Part shown: piece by piece, positions 1 through 13,100 of the stretch | Numbering within the stretch: position 1 is the stretch's first letter | Layout of the letters: each line of letters starts with the position of its first letter | Source: Octopus sinensis | Lineage: Eukaryota | DNA length: 64,000 bases | Reading direction: 5' to 3' | NCBI RefSeq assembly: GCF_006345805.1 | Contig: NC_043001.1 | Coordinates: 21,824,001 to 21,888,000, forward strand | Program-made: the position numbers and the translations under genes | Notes under the pieces: model-generated | The model's input: the letters and a program-made list of their open reading frames with translations, nothing else | Databases searched by the model: none | What the model was told of the DNA's origin: nothing

Positions 1-144
1 CAAGAAATGGGAATGGAAGAGGGGTGTTTGTCAATGTAACCACCTTATCTCCTCCCCATCAAATTGCTGGCCTCGTGTCAAAATGTGAAACCATTATTTA
101 ACAGATGCACTGATGATACATGCTGGTAGAATCACTAGCATATC

Positions 145-561
145 AGGCGGTGAGCTGGCAGAAGCGTTAGCATGCCGGGTGAAATGCTTAGCGGTATTTC
201 GTCTGCTGTTATGTTCTGAGTTCAAATTCCACTGAGGTCGACTTTGCCTTTTATCCTTTCGGGGTCGATTAAATAAGTACCAGTTATGCACTGGGGTCAA
301 TATAATCGACTTAATTCGTTTGTCTGTCCTTGTTTGCCCACTCTATGTTTAGCCCCTTGAGGGTAGTACAGAAATAGGTATTTCGTCTGCCGCTACGTTC
401 TGAGTTCAAATTCTGCCAAGGTTGACTTTGCCTTTCATCCTTTTGGGGTCAATAAATTAAGTACCAGTTATGCACTGGGGTCGATGTAATCGACTTAATC
501 CCTTTGTCTGTCCTTGTTTGTCTCATCTATGTTTAGCCCCTTGTGGGCAATAAAGAAATAA
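145..561 (+). mobile_element. tRNA-derived SINE family B, head plus two tandem bodies
   Basis: AGGCGGTGAGCTGGCAGAA head, GAGTTCAAATTC B-box, CCTTTCGGGGTCGAT core; body repeated. Confidence 0.85.
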
Positions 562-840
562 GTATCATTAGCATATCAGACAAAATGTGCACAGTATTTC
601 TTTTGGCTTATGTTCTGGGTTTAAATTCCACCAAGTTTTGCCAGCCCTTTATCATTTTAGGATCAATAAAGTAAAGTATCAGTCAATTACCAGTGTTGAT
701 GTAACTGACTTGCCCTTCCCTTCAAAACTGCTGGCCTTGTACCAAAATTAGAGTTACTACTGAACTTAGTCATTTTACAAATAAAAATGGTTATCACTGA
801 ATAATGTTTAAATATGAAGCAAAATAAAAAGATATATTAC

Positions 841-1081
841 GCTGTATAACAGATGCCAGCTGTGCCATCAAGAACTTCAGACTTCTCATCATCATAACAC
901 CAGTTTATGCTCAGAGATTTTGTCTTTTGGGTTTCTCTTGGGGGGTCGCAAGCAGTTACCCTGCCAAGCCAGGGATGGTTCAAACGATAGCCTTCTGGTA
1001 ACAGCTGATTTACAGAGGCTTCTCCACGTTCTATACGGCAACATACTGCACGAGCAAGGTGACCATGATCATAAAGATAAC
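841..1081 (-). CDS. ADAR: ADAR1 deaminase exon (241 nt), last exon visible in the window
   Basis: ttacag|GT acceptor and GC|gtaata donor. Encodes YLYDHGHLARAVCCRIERG...NHPWLGRV...LSINWCYDDEKSEVLDGTAG. The C-terminal part of the domain is absent from positions 1-840. Confidence 0.94.
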
Positions 1082-3281
1082 CTGTAAATATAACAAAATA
1101 GATAAAACATATATACACCCACCATGGTTTAAAGTAATTACTAGTAAGTACCAAAGTAATTGCTACTTCTAGTTCCTTCTATTATATTATAGAGATGGCC
1201 ATTCAGATAACATGTGTCAAAAATGAGAATTCAAGGAAAATAATGAGATGATAATAGTAAAAGCTAAAAGGCCCTAAGATATATTTAAACGTTTACAGGT
1301 TGTGTTTCATGATGGGAAGAGTATTTCAACATTTCAGACAAGGTTCATTGTTGAAGGGCCCTGCCTCTATAACTAAAATTCACTTCTCATCATCATACAC
1401 ATTTTACTGATCTGGGTTTTTTTTCCAATACAAACTAGTTTCCTGAGATTGTTATGTTATACTTTATATCTAAATCTTCTATGGAAGATTAACTATAACT
1501 GACTTTGATTACCTATTCACAGATTAATGATTTCAAATATTTCATTGTATTTCTACAGTGACTCAGTCCATCTAACAAATCGGGTATTGGTAATAAGTCA
1601 TCTGTTACTATTAGCCTCAGACAGACCAGTATCCTAATTACAGTGAGATTTGTCTCTCATTCACTGAATGCCATGAAATCAGAGCTAAATAGAGACACTT
1701 AAAAGTCTTTTGAAGCTAAGGAACCATTTAAGGTATCCATTTTTATATTTTTAATTATTTAATGTTCTCAATTTCTCAAACTGAAATATTTTCTTTTATT
1801 TACTGGGTCTGAAGGAAAGAAGTGTGCTCATGGTGTTTGCACACTCTCTGAGAATGGTAAGATTGATGTCATTAATGGTCCTCTTGAACTATTGCAACTC
1901 AGCACATGTGAAAAGGACGTGCGCAAGGAAGGAGTTCCAAAATGGCCAGCATTCTAGGAAAGAATTGGGCATTGTGATCACTATGAGCCCTGGGGTGAGG
2001 GGCACAAACAGGATAAGGAATAAGAGAGGAGTAGGACAAGAAAACTTGAGTGAAAGTAACAGAAGCCCAGCCAGCTTAAAAAGCAGATAGAGAAAATAGT
2101 TTGCCTGTATGCTTAAGGCTAAAGAATGTTGGAGTTATTTTATGCCCATCAACCAGGTGGCCTTTGTCTGGCCTTTGATAGGAAGTCTGTGTGACCAGCA
2201 GCAGTAGCAGACGTCCAAGAATTTGGACCTGGAGATCTCCATTTCCAGCGACTTCGAGGGCCACCTCCCAGTGGTGTCAGGCGTCAACGAAGAGCCCTCA
2301 ACTACAACGAGACGACCAAAGTTTTTTTTTTTCCCAAGGTCTGGGGTCTCCCGCCCCTAAGCCCTAGACCATCACCTAATCACCCTCACCCATCTTGTTG
2401 CTTAACAACAACAGCAGCAGTAGCACTGTCCCAGATGTGGGAACAATACTCCATTTTTGTCTTCACCTAAGCTTTGTAAAAGCTTGGTACTAAAGTAGCT
2501 TCTGGACCTGAAGTGGAAGGCCAATCTTCAGGATACAGCATGAGCTTTTAATAGGAGAGACCTTTGGTGAGAGTGAAACCCAAAATTTTGGCACAGTCAT
2601 AAGACCTTTAGTTGTGTGCTAACAAACAACTGGACAATTCAACAGATAAATACAATTTATTTAATTATATATTATACTGTATAAATTATACAAAGGTTAT
2701 TCAAAAGATAGTTGAAATTTCCTAAATTTATCAATACAGAAGGAAAATCACATGCAAAATATTTAATAACTATATCAATCATATCACTCTCCAGATTAAT
2801 ATGACAAAATTAAACTGCATATATAGAAAAGAAACAAAAACTGTAACTCTTTTGACCCCGTTTGAATTGAGTTTTAATACTGTTATTATTCACAATGTGT
2901 GAAACAAAATGTTATAGGGTAAAAATTTATATACAATACTTTAAATAATTTCAAATTTAGTTAAAACATTACAATGAAAATGTAATTAAAAAAAAACCCT
3001 TTAACCCTTTAGAATTGAAACTGGCCATATTTAACCCAAATATTCTACATGTTTTATGTTCAGATCAGCCAGATCTGGTCTCTCACACCTAATCTACAAT
3101 GTCATTTGAAAAATTAAACAATTACATCATTGAAATCTCAAAGCTATGAAATAATGCATGATTAATTCAAACAATGTGAATAAATACAAATTACATTTGA
3201 CAGTGTAATCTGAAAGCTACAGGATTAATTCATTGTCGATATTAAAATTAAAACAGTTTTAGATTAAGCATAAAGAAATAC

Positions 3282-3464
3282 CTAATGTCAGCGAATCTAA
3301 ATATATAGGCTCGATGAAGTGGCTCAGAAGAGCCCCCTGCAGACCAACAACGTTCCAGCGACAAATTTTATCAGAGCAAGACATTGTACGCAATCTTTCA
3401 CCACGTTGAATTCCATCCCATGTTTGTTCAGTGAAATCAGCATCGATTGGAATGGTTCCTTCGC
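3282..3464 (-). CDS. ADAR: ADAR1 deaminase exon with base-flipping loop and SCSDK motif (183 nt; not in the ORF track)
   Basis: atttag|GC acceptor and TAG|gtattt donor. Encodes [62 protein letters not shown]. Confidence 0.96.
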
Positions 3465-4097
3465 CTAAATAGGTAAAAAGACAAAAAAGAAACGGCTAAA
3501 TATTTTGATTTTATAATCTTTTTAAACTTGAGAAAACCTGCAAGATGGTAAAAATATCATAAAATTTTACAGCTTTGGGTTGTAAAAGATAAATAAAAAT
3601 AGAGAAGTCTTAAATGAGTTAAAATGATCACAGAGTAAAGAAACTTCTTGATCATCAGAATTTTATTTATTTATTTTATATTGCAATTTTTTTTAACAAA
3701 AAATAGCATCAGTGATTTACAGAACAAGTACGGTGTGTCTCTAATTTAGTGGTCTTCATTCAAAGGACAGGTTTTAACTTTTTTTTTTTTGCAGATGTAC
3801 ACAGTGAAGGACATGTAAACATATACACATGCACACACAATGGGCTTCTATTTTCAGTACAGTTTCCATCTATTAAATTCCATTTACAAGGTATTGGTTA
3901 ACCTAAGGTAATGATAAATGATATTTGCCTAAGATGCTACACAATGGGAACAAACCTGGTGCTATGTAGTAGTAATCACATGGACATGGTCTGATGAAAA
4001 AAATTAAATTTATCTGATAAATTCATTCTCCCACAAAAAATATTTGAAAATGTAATAGTGTACAAGATTTAAACTAATTCTTAAATTCTTCTATATA

Positions 4098-4707
4098 TTG
4101 GGTTATCCCATAAACAATGTGGTATTTTTCAATTGCATGAACTAAAAGTTGGAGGGGGATGTGATAAACCACCTGCATCAACTTGCTATAAAAACAGGTA
4201 GCAATTTTACCTTGTACTTATTCTTAGTGCTGTTTGATTTTAAAGTTATTTTTTCAAAGCTGTAATGGAAGTGACAAAGGAGCATATTTGGCATATTTTG
4301 CTTTATGAGTTCAATAAAGGCAATAATGCAATGGAAAGTGCTAGGAATACTAATGCAGGACATGGGATCAGACAATAACAGTAAAACAGTGTCAACAGTA
4401 GTTCCAAAAATTCTGAGACAGAAACTACAGCCTAGAAAACAAGCCTCATCCTGAAAGATCTATAGAGCTTGATGAGAACATCTTGCAAACTCTGGGGGAA
4501 CAAAATCCAATCATAACTGTTGAGGAACTATTAGAAAAGTCTGGATTTGGTCATTCAACCAGTCATTCAAGTCAGCACTAGAAGAAAAATTACCACCTTT
4601 GGTTTCAAGACTAAAAGTGTTCTTCCATCAGGATAATGCTCAGCCACATACAGTGAGGATGACACTTCAAAGGCTGGAGCAGTTTGAATGGGAAATGATG
4701 CCCCATG
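4098..4707 (+). mobile_element. Degenerate, internally deleted mariner transposon
   Basis: TA|TTGGGTTATCCC start. Broken frame MEVTKEHIWHILLYEFNKGNNAMESARN... and VFFHQDNAQPHT (second catalytic Asp motif). Stops, frameshifts, 3' end lost. Confidence 0.85.
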
Positions 4708-5002
4708 GATCTGAGCTTAGAACACGAAGCTGGAAGAAATGCTGCTAAGCATTTTGGCTGGCATGCAAAGAATTCTGCCAGCTCGAAATAGAAGCTAATA
4801 ATCCTTTCTGCTATAGGTACAAGGCTTGAAATTTTGTGGGGAGGGGGGACAGTTGATTACAGTGACCTCAGGGCTCAACTGGTATATTTTTCATCAACCC
4901 CCAAACGGATGAATGGCAAAGTTGCCCTTGGCAGAATTTGAACACAGAGAGTAGCATTGAATGACATGATGCTAAGTATTTTGCCTGGCATGCTAACGAT
5001 TC

Positions 5003-5230
5003 TTATTTCTTTATTGCCCACAAGGGGCTAAACATAGAAGGGACAAACAAGGACAAAGGTATTAAGTCGATTACATTGATCCCAGTGTATGACTGGTACT
5101 TAATTTATCGACCCAGAAAGGATGAAAGGCAAAGTCGAACTCGGCAGAATTTGAACTCAGAACGTAACGGCAGATGGAATACAGCTAAGCATTTCGCCCG
5201 GTGTGCTAACGATTCTGCTAGCTTTCCGCC
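5003..5230 (-). mobile_element. tRNA-derived SINE family B
   Basis: Full-length reverse complement of 145-375. Further - copies near 14570, 23973-24199, 36347-36579 and 55926-56135. Confidence 0.85.
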
Positions 5231-5557
5231 ATACACAGAAACTAATGATAAAAGATAAAAATATTCAGAGAAATTATTTAAAAATTTTAGCTTAGTTCTG
5301 AAAATGGGGTGATTTGTGCAAAAATCAGCTGGTTAGCAAACTATGACAACTAAATAGTATTGGATTCAGTGAAAGAGATTCATATTCACGTACATTTTAA
5401 TCTAATAATTTAATCATGGGCATTTCAACCTACAAGTTTTTACTAGATTTCGAGAATGAAATTATTGACTTCCTTAGAAGTGGTATTATAAGCTAACATA
5501 TCAATCATAAATTCTTTTTGTGCATACAATATATCAGAGTAGGAACCAGCATATATA

Positions 5558-6412
5558 CAGGGTATGATGGGTAAATTGTCGCCATTTTATATTTTTTTTA
5601 ATTTGCACATGTGCATCGTTTGTTTTTGATTTTGTCAACTACACAGTACAGTAGGGTCAACTGGGCACTGTCTGTGAGAAAAACAGTACCATGTCACTAT
5701 TCACTCTGCCAGAAATTTGTAAACGACATGCTCTACTGTTTGGTAGTCACACCAAAAGCCCCAATATGAACATTTCAGAGTGTTTTGGTGTCAATCTGAG
5801 GACAGTGCAGAGGATTTGGAAAGAGTTGGATGAGTCTAATGGTGATTATGAAGGTACAGCAGCTCGGAAAACTCACTCTGATTGTTCTGATAAGAAAAGA
5901 ACTCCTGAATTTGTTGGTGAGATCCAGGCCATGATTGATAACGATCCCTCCAAGTCAATCAGGTCCATCGTCAGGGACATAGGAGTGTCTGAGTTTCTTC
6001 TTAGGCACACAGTGCATGAAATCATTCAGTATTTCTCATACAAGATGAGAAAGGGCCAAGTTTTACCCGAAGCCATCAAGGCAAGAGGAAAGACTGTGCT
6101 ATAAAGCTTTTGAACAAACTCAAGCATCCCTCTCCAACCGAACATGCTTTGGTTTTTCTCAGATGAGAAAAATTTTTGTCACACAGAACAACTGTTGGCT
6201 TGCTGTGTCCCCAAAACATGTACCAAAAGCGATAAAAATCAAACATCCAGTCAACATCATGGTGTTTGGTGTGATCACTAGTGAAGGGGACATTCATCTT
6301 CTGACACGGCCACAGACTCAACATGGAGGCCTACATTAAGTGCCTGGAGGAGGTAGTGGTGCCCTAGGTCAAGAGAGTGGCTGCTGGAAGACCTATGTCT
6401 GACAACACACAC
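5558..6412 (+). mobile_element. Degenerate Tc1/mariner transposon (maT-like), 3' truncated
   Basis: TA|CAGGG start. ORF 5691-6104 is a paired-HTH region; after frameshifts come WFFSDEKNF and KHPVNIMVFGVITSEG. The last catalytic residue is not present, so DD spacing cannot be measured. Confidence 0.85.
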
Positions 6413-7244
6413 CCATGCCTGCACTTATTTATGGATTTTGAACATTTATGGATTACTTAAATGAGAAATATTAAAGTAGCAAGGAAGTATATATTAAACT
6501 GAGCATGAAATAAACCCTACTATTTTTAGGTTTTATCATAGCATTCATCCATAGATTTCATTAATATCAATAGTATGACAATAGTATATATATTTTTAGA
6601 ACAATCACTAGAGATAAAAGCAACATAGGTAGCAATGATAATAATAATATTGTTATCATAGTGACAGAAATTTCTGATATTTTGGATTGGTAACAAAGTT
6701 CACTAAAATGAAACTTAATAAATCAATAAACTGAAATAGAATTATAAATAGCAACTCTTTGGAGAAGTAATAGGATCTTTCTCCAGCATCATATTTACTC
6801 AGATGAGGCACTATTTGGAATAAAACTGTTGGGGAAATTTTGGCAATGTAGTTGATAGTTGTTAATCTTTATTAGTATTGGTACAGTAACTATAAAAATG
6901 ATGGGATTTATTTCTGCCTTCTTTCAGTAATCCTTAATGTTTTTGTTTTAAGCCTTGCTCTATTTTCTTTTTGTGTTTCATATTGTCTTCTTTCAGTTGT
7001 TCTTTTTACCTCCATTCACTCTCCTCCATTTTTCTCACTGCCTCCCTCCCATATTCCATTACTTCTCTTCCCCTCTATACATACAGATTTCCTTCTTTTT
7101 TCCCTTTCTCAATCAGATTCTGCCCCTACCTCTTTCTCTTCATTTCTCAATGTCTTCTCCCACTCATTTTGATAACATACATGAACCTCTCTCTTATTTT
7201 GTCTGTCATTTACTCATTCTCTATACCTCTTACTCTCTCTTTCT

Positions 7245-7633
7245 CTCTTTTACTTGTTTCAGTCATTTGACTGTGGCCATGCTGGAGCACCACCTTTAGT
7301 CGGGACTTATTCTTTGTAAGCCCAGTACTTATTCTATCGGTCTCTTTTGCCGAACCGCTAAGTGACAGCGACGTAAACACACCAGCATCGGTTGTCAAGC
7401 AATGCTAGGGGGACAAACACAGACACACAAACACATACACGCACACTTATATATATATATACATATATACGACAGGCTTCTTTCAGTTTCCGTCTACCAA
7501 ATCCACTCACAAGGCATTGGTCGGCCCGGGGCTATAGTAGAAGACACTTGCCCAAGATGCCACACAGTGAGACTGAACCCGGAACCATGTGGTTGGTTAG
7601 CAAGCTATTTACCACACAGCCACTCCTGCGCCT
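7245..7633 (-). mobile_element. tRNA-derived SINE family A with internal microsatellite
   Basis: Reverse complement of AGGCGCAGGAGTGGCTGTGTGG head, GGTTCAGTC B-box-like motif, CTTGGGCAAGTGTCTT core, GAAACAAGTAAAAGAG tail. Confidence 0.85.
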
Positions 7634-7653
7634 ATGTTATTTTATCACATTAA

Positions 7654-7873
7654 CCCTTTCGTTACCAACCTGGCTGAAACTGGCACTGGCTCTAAGTACA
7701 AATGTCTTGTTTTCATAAGTTTTGAATTAAAATCTTCCACCAAACCTTAGTCACAATTTATGTACCTAACACTAGCTTAATGATAACTAAGTTATTTTAC
7801 TAAATTCTTTGTTATATTTAAAGTAATTGAAAGAAACTCAGAGCATCTCAAAATAAATATAGTAACAAAAGGG
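7654..7873. mobile_element. piggyBac-type MITE family 1
   Basis: TTAA on both sides; TIR CCCTTTCGTTAC / GTAACAAAAGGG. Further copies at 20551-20770, 21426-21647 and 35307-35515. Confidence 0.88.
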
Positions 7874-8569
7874 TTAACACACTAATTCCCCAATACCTCT
7901 ATTGTAGAGTTCTTTCTTTCTTCTCTTACTACCTCACTGCCTTTCCCCACCCACACTTTTTATTACCATCCCTCCCAATATTTAACGATCTCTTGATGAC
8001 TGTTTGTCTCACAAGCTGCTGATTTCCAACCTTGTATGCTACCTACCATCATCATCATTTAGCATCCATCTTCCATGCTGGAATTGGGTAGCTGGATAGT
8101 TTGACAGGATCCAACAAGCCAGAGAAATGCATTTCATGGACTTTTTAAAAGGTGTTCGCAGAATTTAAATAACGACCAATTTCATTCACACACAGAGACC
8201 TGCTTTTCCCTAAACTCATTTACATTCGATTATTCATGCATAGTAACACTATACACAGTGAAACACGAGTGCTTCATTTCTTTCAAATCACTATTATTCA
8301 GTATCGCATTTCACACACAGGTAACAGACAATCTGTCCTTCACTCTGAAAGAGAAACCCTTTCTTGCTTGCAAAAGTAGGAGCTCCCTGAACATCTTTCA
8401 GCCTGTTTTATTATGCTTTCAGTACAGCCATCAAGTGTTCATCAAGGTTCAGTTCTCATTCTTCCTCTATTTATATAGTTCTCCAAGCTATAACAAGGGA
8501 ATGTGTAATACTAGCTGCTTGTGAGAAGTTCTATATGCTTATGAGGTAGTGCCAGACATAGGAATAAAA

Positions 8570-8860
8570 GAGATCTAGGAGTAAACTCAGCAAAGACTAA
8601 AGTTTTTGAAATACGGAAAGAAGAGAGGACTCCTCTGCTATCAAGGAAAAGGTTTTGCTAAGTACACAGGAAAAGTAACTGGTAGGAACTCCATACAGTG
8701 TACACAATGTGAGCTAATGAGTGGTCAAGAAATGACAGCTAATAAAGACCTTGTTACAGTAGTTAGTAGTGAGAGAACTAATAAAATTTTTTTTTTCAAT
8801 GTTTGAATGACTCCATAGAAGTAGTTGATAGCATCTGTTACCTAGGCAACCAAATCAGCT
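8570..8860 (+). mobile_element. RTE-clade LINE remnant (C-terminal RT region)
   Basis: Broken frames LGVNSAKTKVF, GRNSIQCTQCEL and DSIEVVDSICYLGNQIS. Confidence 0.7.
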
Positions 8861-9617
8861 GATATAATATAAAAACTAAGCCATAACCAATACAAACACA
8901 TTATAACAATGTTTCAACACAATAAAGATTGCTTTGAGTATAAAATTGTATGTCCATTCATTTGGTCATTTTTACATCCATTTTTGTATGACAGTATAAG
9001 TTAGATGAATATATTATTGAGGTATTGTTTTACAGCCAGATGTCCTTCCTGTCACTAACCCTAACCTGGTTTCAAGCAAGGGACCTATTTCTTATTTCTC
9101 ATGTCTTTGAAGACACAAAGTGAGCAGAAGACTTTTTTTTAACAGAAGAAATAACATCACTGCTTGTAATTCAGTAATTTTTAGAAGTTAAAATGTAAAC
9201 AAACAAACACACACACAAAATACTCATACACACAAACAACAGGCTCCTTTCAGTTTTCCATCTACCAAATATGCTCACAGGGTTTTGATCGGTGTGGGGC
9301 TATAGTAGAAGACACTTGCTTAAGATGCGACAAAGTGGGGCTGAACCTAAAACCACATAGCAAGTGAAAGTTATACAATTTTATCATTATTCTCTTTTAC
9401 TTGTTTCAGTCATTTGACTGCGGCCATGCTGGAGCACCGCCTTTATTGTAAACACAGTCAATACATATGACAAAATATAGAACATCCTGAGGAAAATATA
9501 CACATAACAAATTTAATTTTTTTGAAGTACATGTAGCCTTTGTCTTGATCAAATCAAACTAAGTCAAAATAAGAAAAAAATTACAAAGATACAATACAAA
9601 AAAACCCATACAAACAG

Positions 9618-9681
<64 letters not shown>

Positions 9682-9935
9682 CACACACACACACACACAT
9701 ATATAGACAGGCATACATGTTTTCACACATAAATGTATTCAGAGGAGTTGTTTTAAAAACCAATAATGATATAAAAAGATGAAAGGAATCCTGACATCTG
9801 TAACTCGTGTAACCCAACACCTTCAGAAAAAACACCATTAATCAATACCTGTGAGGAGACAAAAATATTACCAAAAGATATTTTTACCTGCAAATGACAC
9901 ACAACAACAAATAAATACAATAAAAGTGTACGAAC

Positions 9936-10042
9936 CTCCTTCCACTTTTGTTCGCAGCAATCCTTGTACACTGCTTGAAAAAGTTGGATTATGAATATGC
10001 TTGTTTTCCTCCTCCATTTTTGCATTACTTGAGTCAGTATCT
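9936..10042 (-). CDS. ADAR: ADAR1 deaminase exon, 5' binding loop region (107 nt)
   Basis: ttcacag|A acceptor and GAG|gttcgt donor. Encodes DTDSSNAKMEEENKHIHNPTFSSSVQGLLRTKVEG. Confidence 0.93.
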
Positions 10043-11879
10043 CTGTGAATTAGGAATAAATAAATCACCATCATCATTTAGTGTCTGCTTTTCATGCTGG
10101 CATGGGTTAGACGGCTGGACTGGAAACCGGTAAGCCAGAGAGCTGCACCAAGTTCCACTCTGGTTTGGCATGGTTTCTATGGTTGGATGCCCTTCTTAAT
10201 GCCAACTTATAGAAAAGACACAACAAAGATACATTGTGATGATGAGCCAATGACTCCAACCAATTAAAAAAAGGAGGATCCACCCTGTTAATAACTTGAT
10301 TCTGAATTCAATCAAGCAAGTTAAGACACTCAGCAGAGGCATCAGCCCAAAGATAGCAGCAATATTCAATGTAAGGTCAAATGGTAGCCTTACAGAGATA
10401 CAAGATACTGTCAAGCATAGGAAAATTTGTGAACACAGAAGAGAGATCCAACTTTCTTGGCAGCCGACATGGGAATGGACTGAACATATTTGCTTCAAGT
10501 GAGATCTGTGGTCACAGTCAATACCAAGAAGTTGGATACTGTAGTTTTCTGGAAGATCAACCTGCCCATAGTAATGAAAAGAGAAATGGCTGCCATAATG
10601 ATTAGGTGCATGGGTAGTGGACAGGGTGTTTTGTTCATGATCACAAGGTCATGGGTTCAATTCCTGAACCTAGTGGCTCATTATGTTTTGCTTGCTCCAG
10701 TCTGCTCAGCCGTAAATGAGTCCCTAGTGCAGTTCTCTTTCCCCCCTAGCTGTCACATCACTGATGCTCCACTGAGTCACAAGAGAGAGGGCCAAGAAGC
10801 TGTGTTTCTCTGTACATGACTACATAGGCACCTCAAAACAATTATCAAATGTGTAGTACAAGCTACCAAGTCATATGTGTTCGCAAATGACAGCTAAGCT
10901 TTATTCTATTTTATTGTATCATCAGTTAGTACAAACCATTCTGAGAATCTATCCTATTTTGTGATACTAATAAACAAAAGTGTTAAAGAGTATTAGAAAC
11001 GTAATTAGGATAAGAAACTGAAATTTCTTTTTGTCAAGATTCTCATCTTAAAAATGAGTCTACAGAATGGAAATTGAGAAGACAGTATATATTAAAATTG
11101 GGATAAATAGAATTGTTAGAAAAAGGAAGGAATAATTTTGATGTAGAAAGGAATCATCATCACTTAGCATCTGCTTTCCATGCTGACAATGGATGAGATG
11201 GTTTGAATGGAATTGGTAAGCTGGAGAGCTGTACCAGGTTCCAGTCTGATTTTGGTTTGTTTTCTATGGCTAGATCCCCTTCCTAATGCCAACCACTCCA
11301 AAAGTGTAGTGGGTGCCTTTTACGCATCACTGGCACAGGTTATTATTTTTATGATAAAAAATGCTATAAAAGTTTGAGCAGAACCTAAATGGTTCACAAC
11401 TATTAGAAAAGAAATTTATGCTCCAGTAAACAGGACTACCTTATAACTTAACACTTCATTTCAAATTCTTTTGAAACAACAGATTCCATTTCAAAGTATA
11501 TTTCTGCCATAAGAAACAAGATTAGCTACAAGAAATCCTGGTTGCAAACTTAACATAAGAAGGGAAAGATCTTTTAAAATGTTTTATGAAATCAATTAAG
11601 TTTTTATATGGAGTTTACTATCCATTCTTCATAACCTAATAATACAAAGTGATCTTCACTGGGGGAAGAAAAAACTAAACAGAAAACTGAAGTATTTTAT
11701 CTGTAGCTAACTTGTTATGACTAAAATATTTTCAGCATGGATCTAGTATATGCTGTGTAAATTTATTACCCTACAATAATCTATGTGTAGAAAGCAATTT
11801 TCAATTCTCCCTTTCAGTATTCATGTATATTTCATAAACATAGAATGCAATTGTTTTAGATAAGTAAAAAAAATATTAC

Positions 11880-12035
11880 CTGGGTGAAAAAAGAGCTCCA
11901 TCTCCACAAGGAGCAGTAGATATATATAAATGGAATGTTATATTGGTTTTAATCCGGCATATACTACGTTCACCTTTCTCGAAGAGATCATTGGGTACTT
12001 CTGCATCATACTCCAGTAAGTGTCTGTATAGATAT
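11880..12035 (-). CDS. ADAR: ADAR1 deaminase exon with PCGD motif (156 nt)
   Basis: ctgcag|A acceptor and CAG|gtaata donor. Encodes YLYRHLLEYDAEVPNDLFEKGERSICRIKTNITFHLYISTAPCGDGALFSPR. Confidence 0.96.
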
Positions 12036-12909
12036 CTGCAGAAGATAAAAATAATGGTTTTGCATAATAGTATCAGAAACATTTTGCCACCAATATTTCT
12101 ATGGAAATTATTTCCATTTTAATTCTCTGTTTGAATTTAGTCTATTGTACAGTCATTTTCCAAATAATACTTAAACATACAAACATACCACTTCTCAATG
12201 AACAGACAGCTCTTTATTAATTTCTTAAAAGGTCTTATATTTTCTTCACCTGTCACACAATATAATTCAAATACTAATATATCAATAGACCCATGCTTCA
12301 CTCGGGTTTTGGTGGTGGTGTTCTTTTGTTGTCTCCTTTTCCCTTTCTTCTTTTGTTTGTCTTCTTTGCCTGGTTCTTTTTATTGCCCTCTTCTTTTTCT
12401 TTTTTCATCTTTATCTTCTTTTTCTTCTTCCACTCTTTCTTTTCTCCTTTTCCCATATTCCTCACCATGGCAACCAAACGATACCCCCCCCCCGAGCGAC
12501 TTGCAGCCCTCCTCACACCATTGTCCACCCCATTTTAGCCCCCCCCCCCGTGTAAATTTTGGCGCCAATCCAACCCCATCTACCGCCCCTTAAACTGTTC
12601 CCATCCCAAAATGAGACAAATAACCAAGAAATCAAACAACTTTTTTGCATTTCAGCTTTATAGACATTGATATATCAATATCTTATAAGCTAATTTACAA
12701 TAAGCAAGTGATTAAGTATATAAGTATCTCAAAACAGATCAGCTTCCTAGAAAAAGCTGTTACATTTTTATTTATTTACTCATTTACTTCCTTTTGTTTT
12801 TGAGGATATGTCTCCAAAGAAAAGAGTCTGTGAAGCAGAATGTAGACACCAAATCTGCAGCAGCAGTAGTACCTGTCGTCATTGTTGTCATCACCACCAA
12901 TACCTGTTG

Positions 12910-13100
12910 TCATCATCATCATCAGTTAATGTCCATTTTCCAATGCTAGCATGGGTTGGATAATTTGGCAGGAGCTGGCAAGCCAAAGGACTATGCCAAA
13001 CTTAACCATCAGCTTTGGCATGGTTTCTATGGCTGGATGACCCTCCTAATGCCAATCACTTTACAGAGCATACTGGGTACTTTTTTTATGGACCAGCACC
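12910..13100 (-). mobile_element. Short RTE-tail repeat
   Basis: Reverse complement of the same family. Further - copies near 10066, 11155, 20800, 28600, 30203 and 63900. Confidence 0.8.

Noticed and set aside
145-230. tRNA-like A/B boxes at repeat heads throughout the window
   Set aside because: No cloverleaf, and each is followed by a SINE body; these are not tRNA genes.
6955-7299. Hydrophobic Phe/Leu/Ser-rich ORFs
   Set aside because: Produced by a pyrimidine-rich tract next to a SINE tail.
10200-10600. Overlapping 68-109 aa ORFs upstream of the 10042 acceptor
   Set aside because: No recognisable motif in any frame; probably an old TE remnant that I cannot assign.
12298-12528. Lys/Glu-rich 76-aa minus-strand ORF in the gene's orientation
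   Set aside because: Low-complexity purine tract with no convincing splice sites; the neighbouring exons already join in frame without it.
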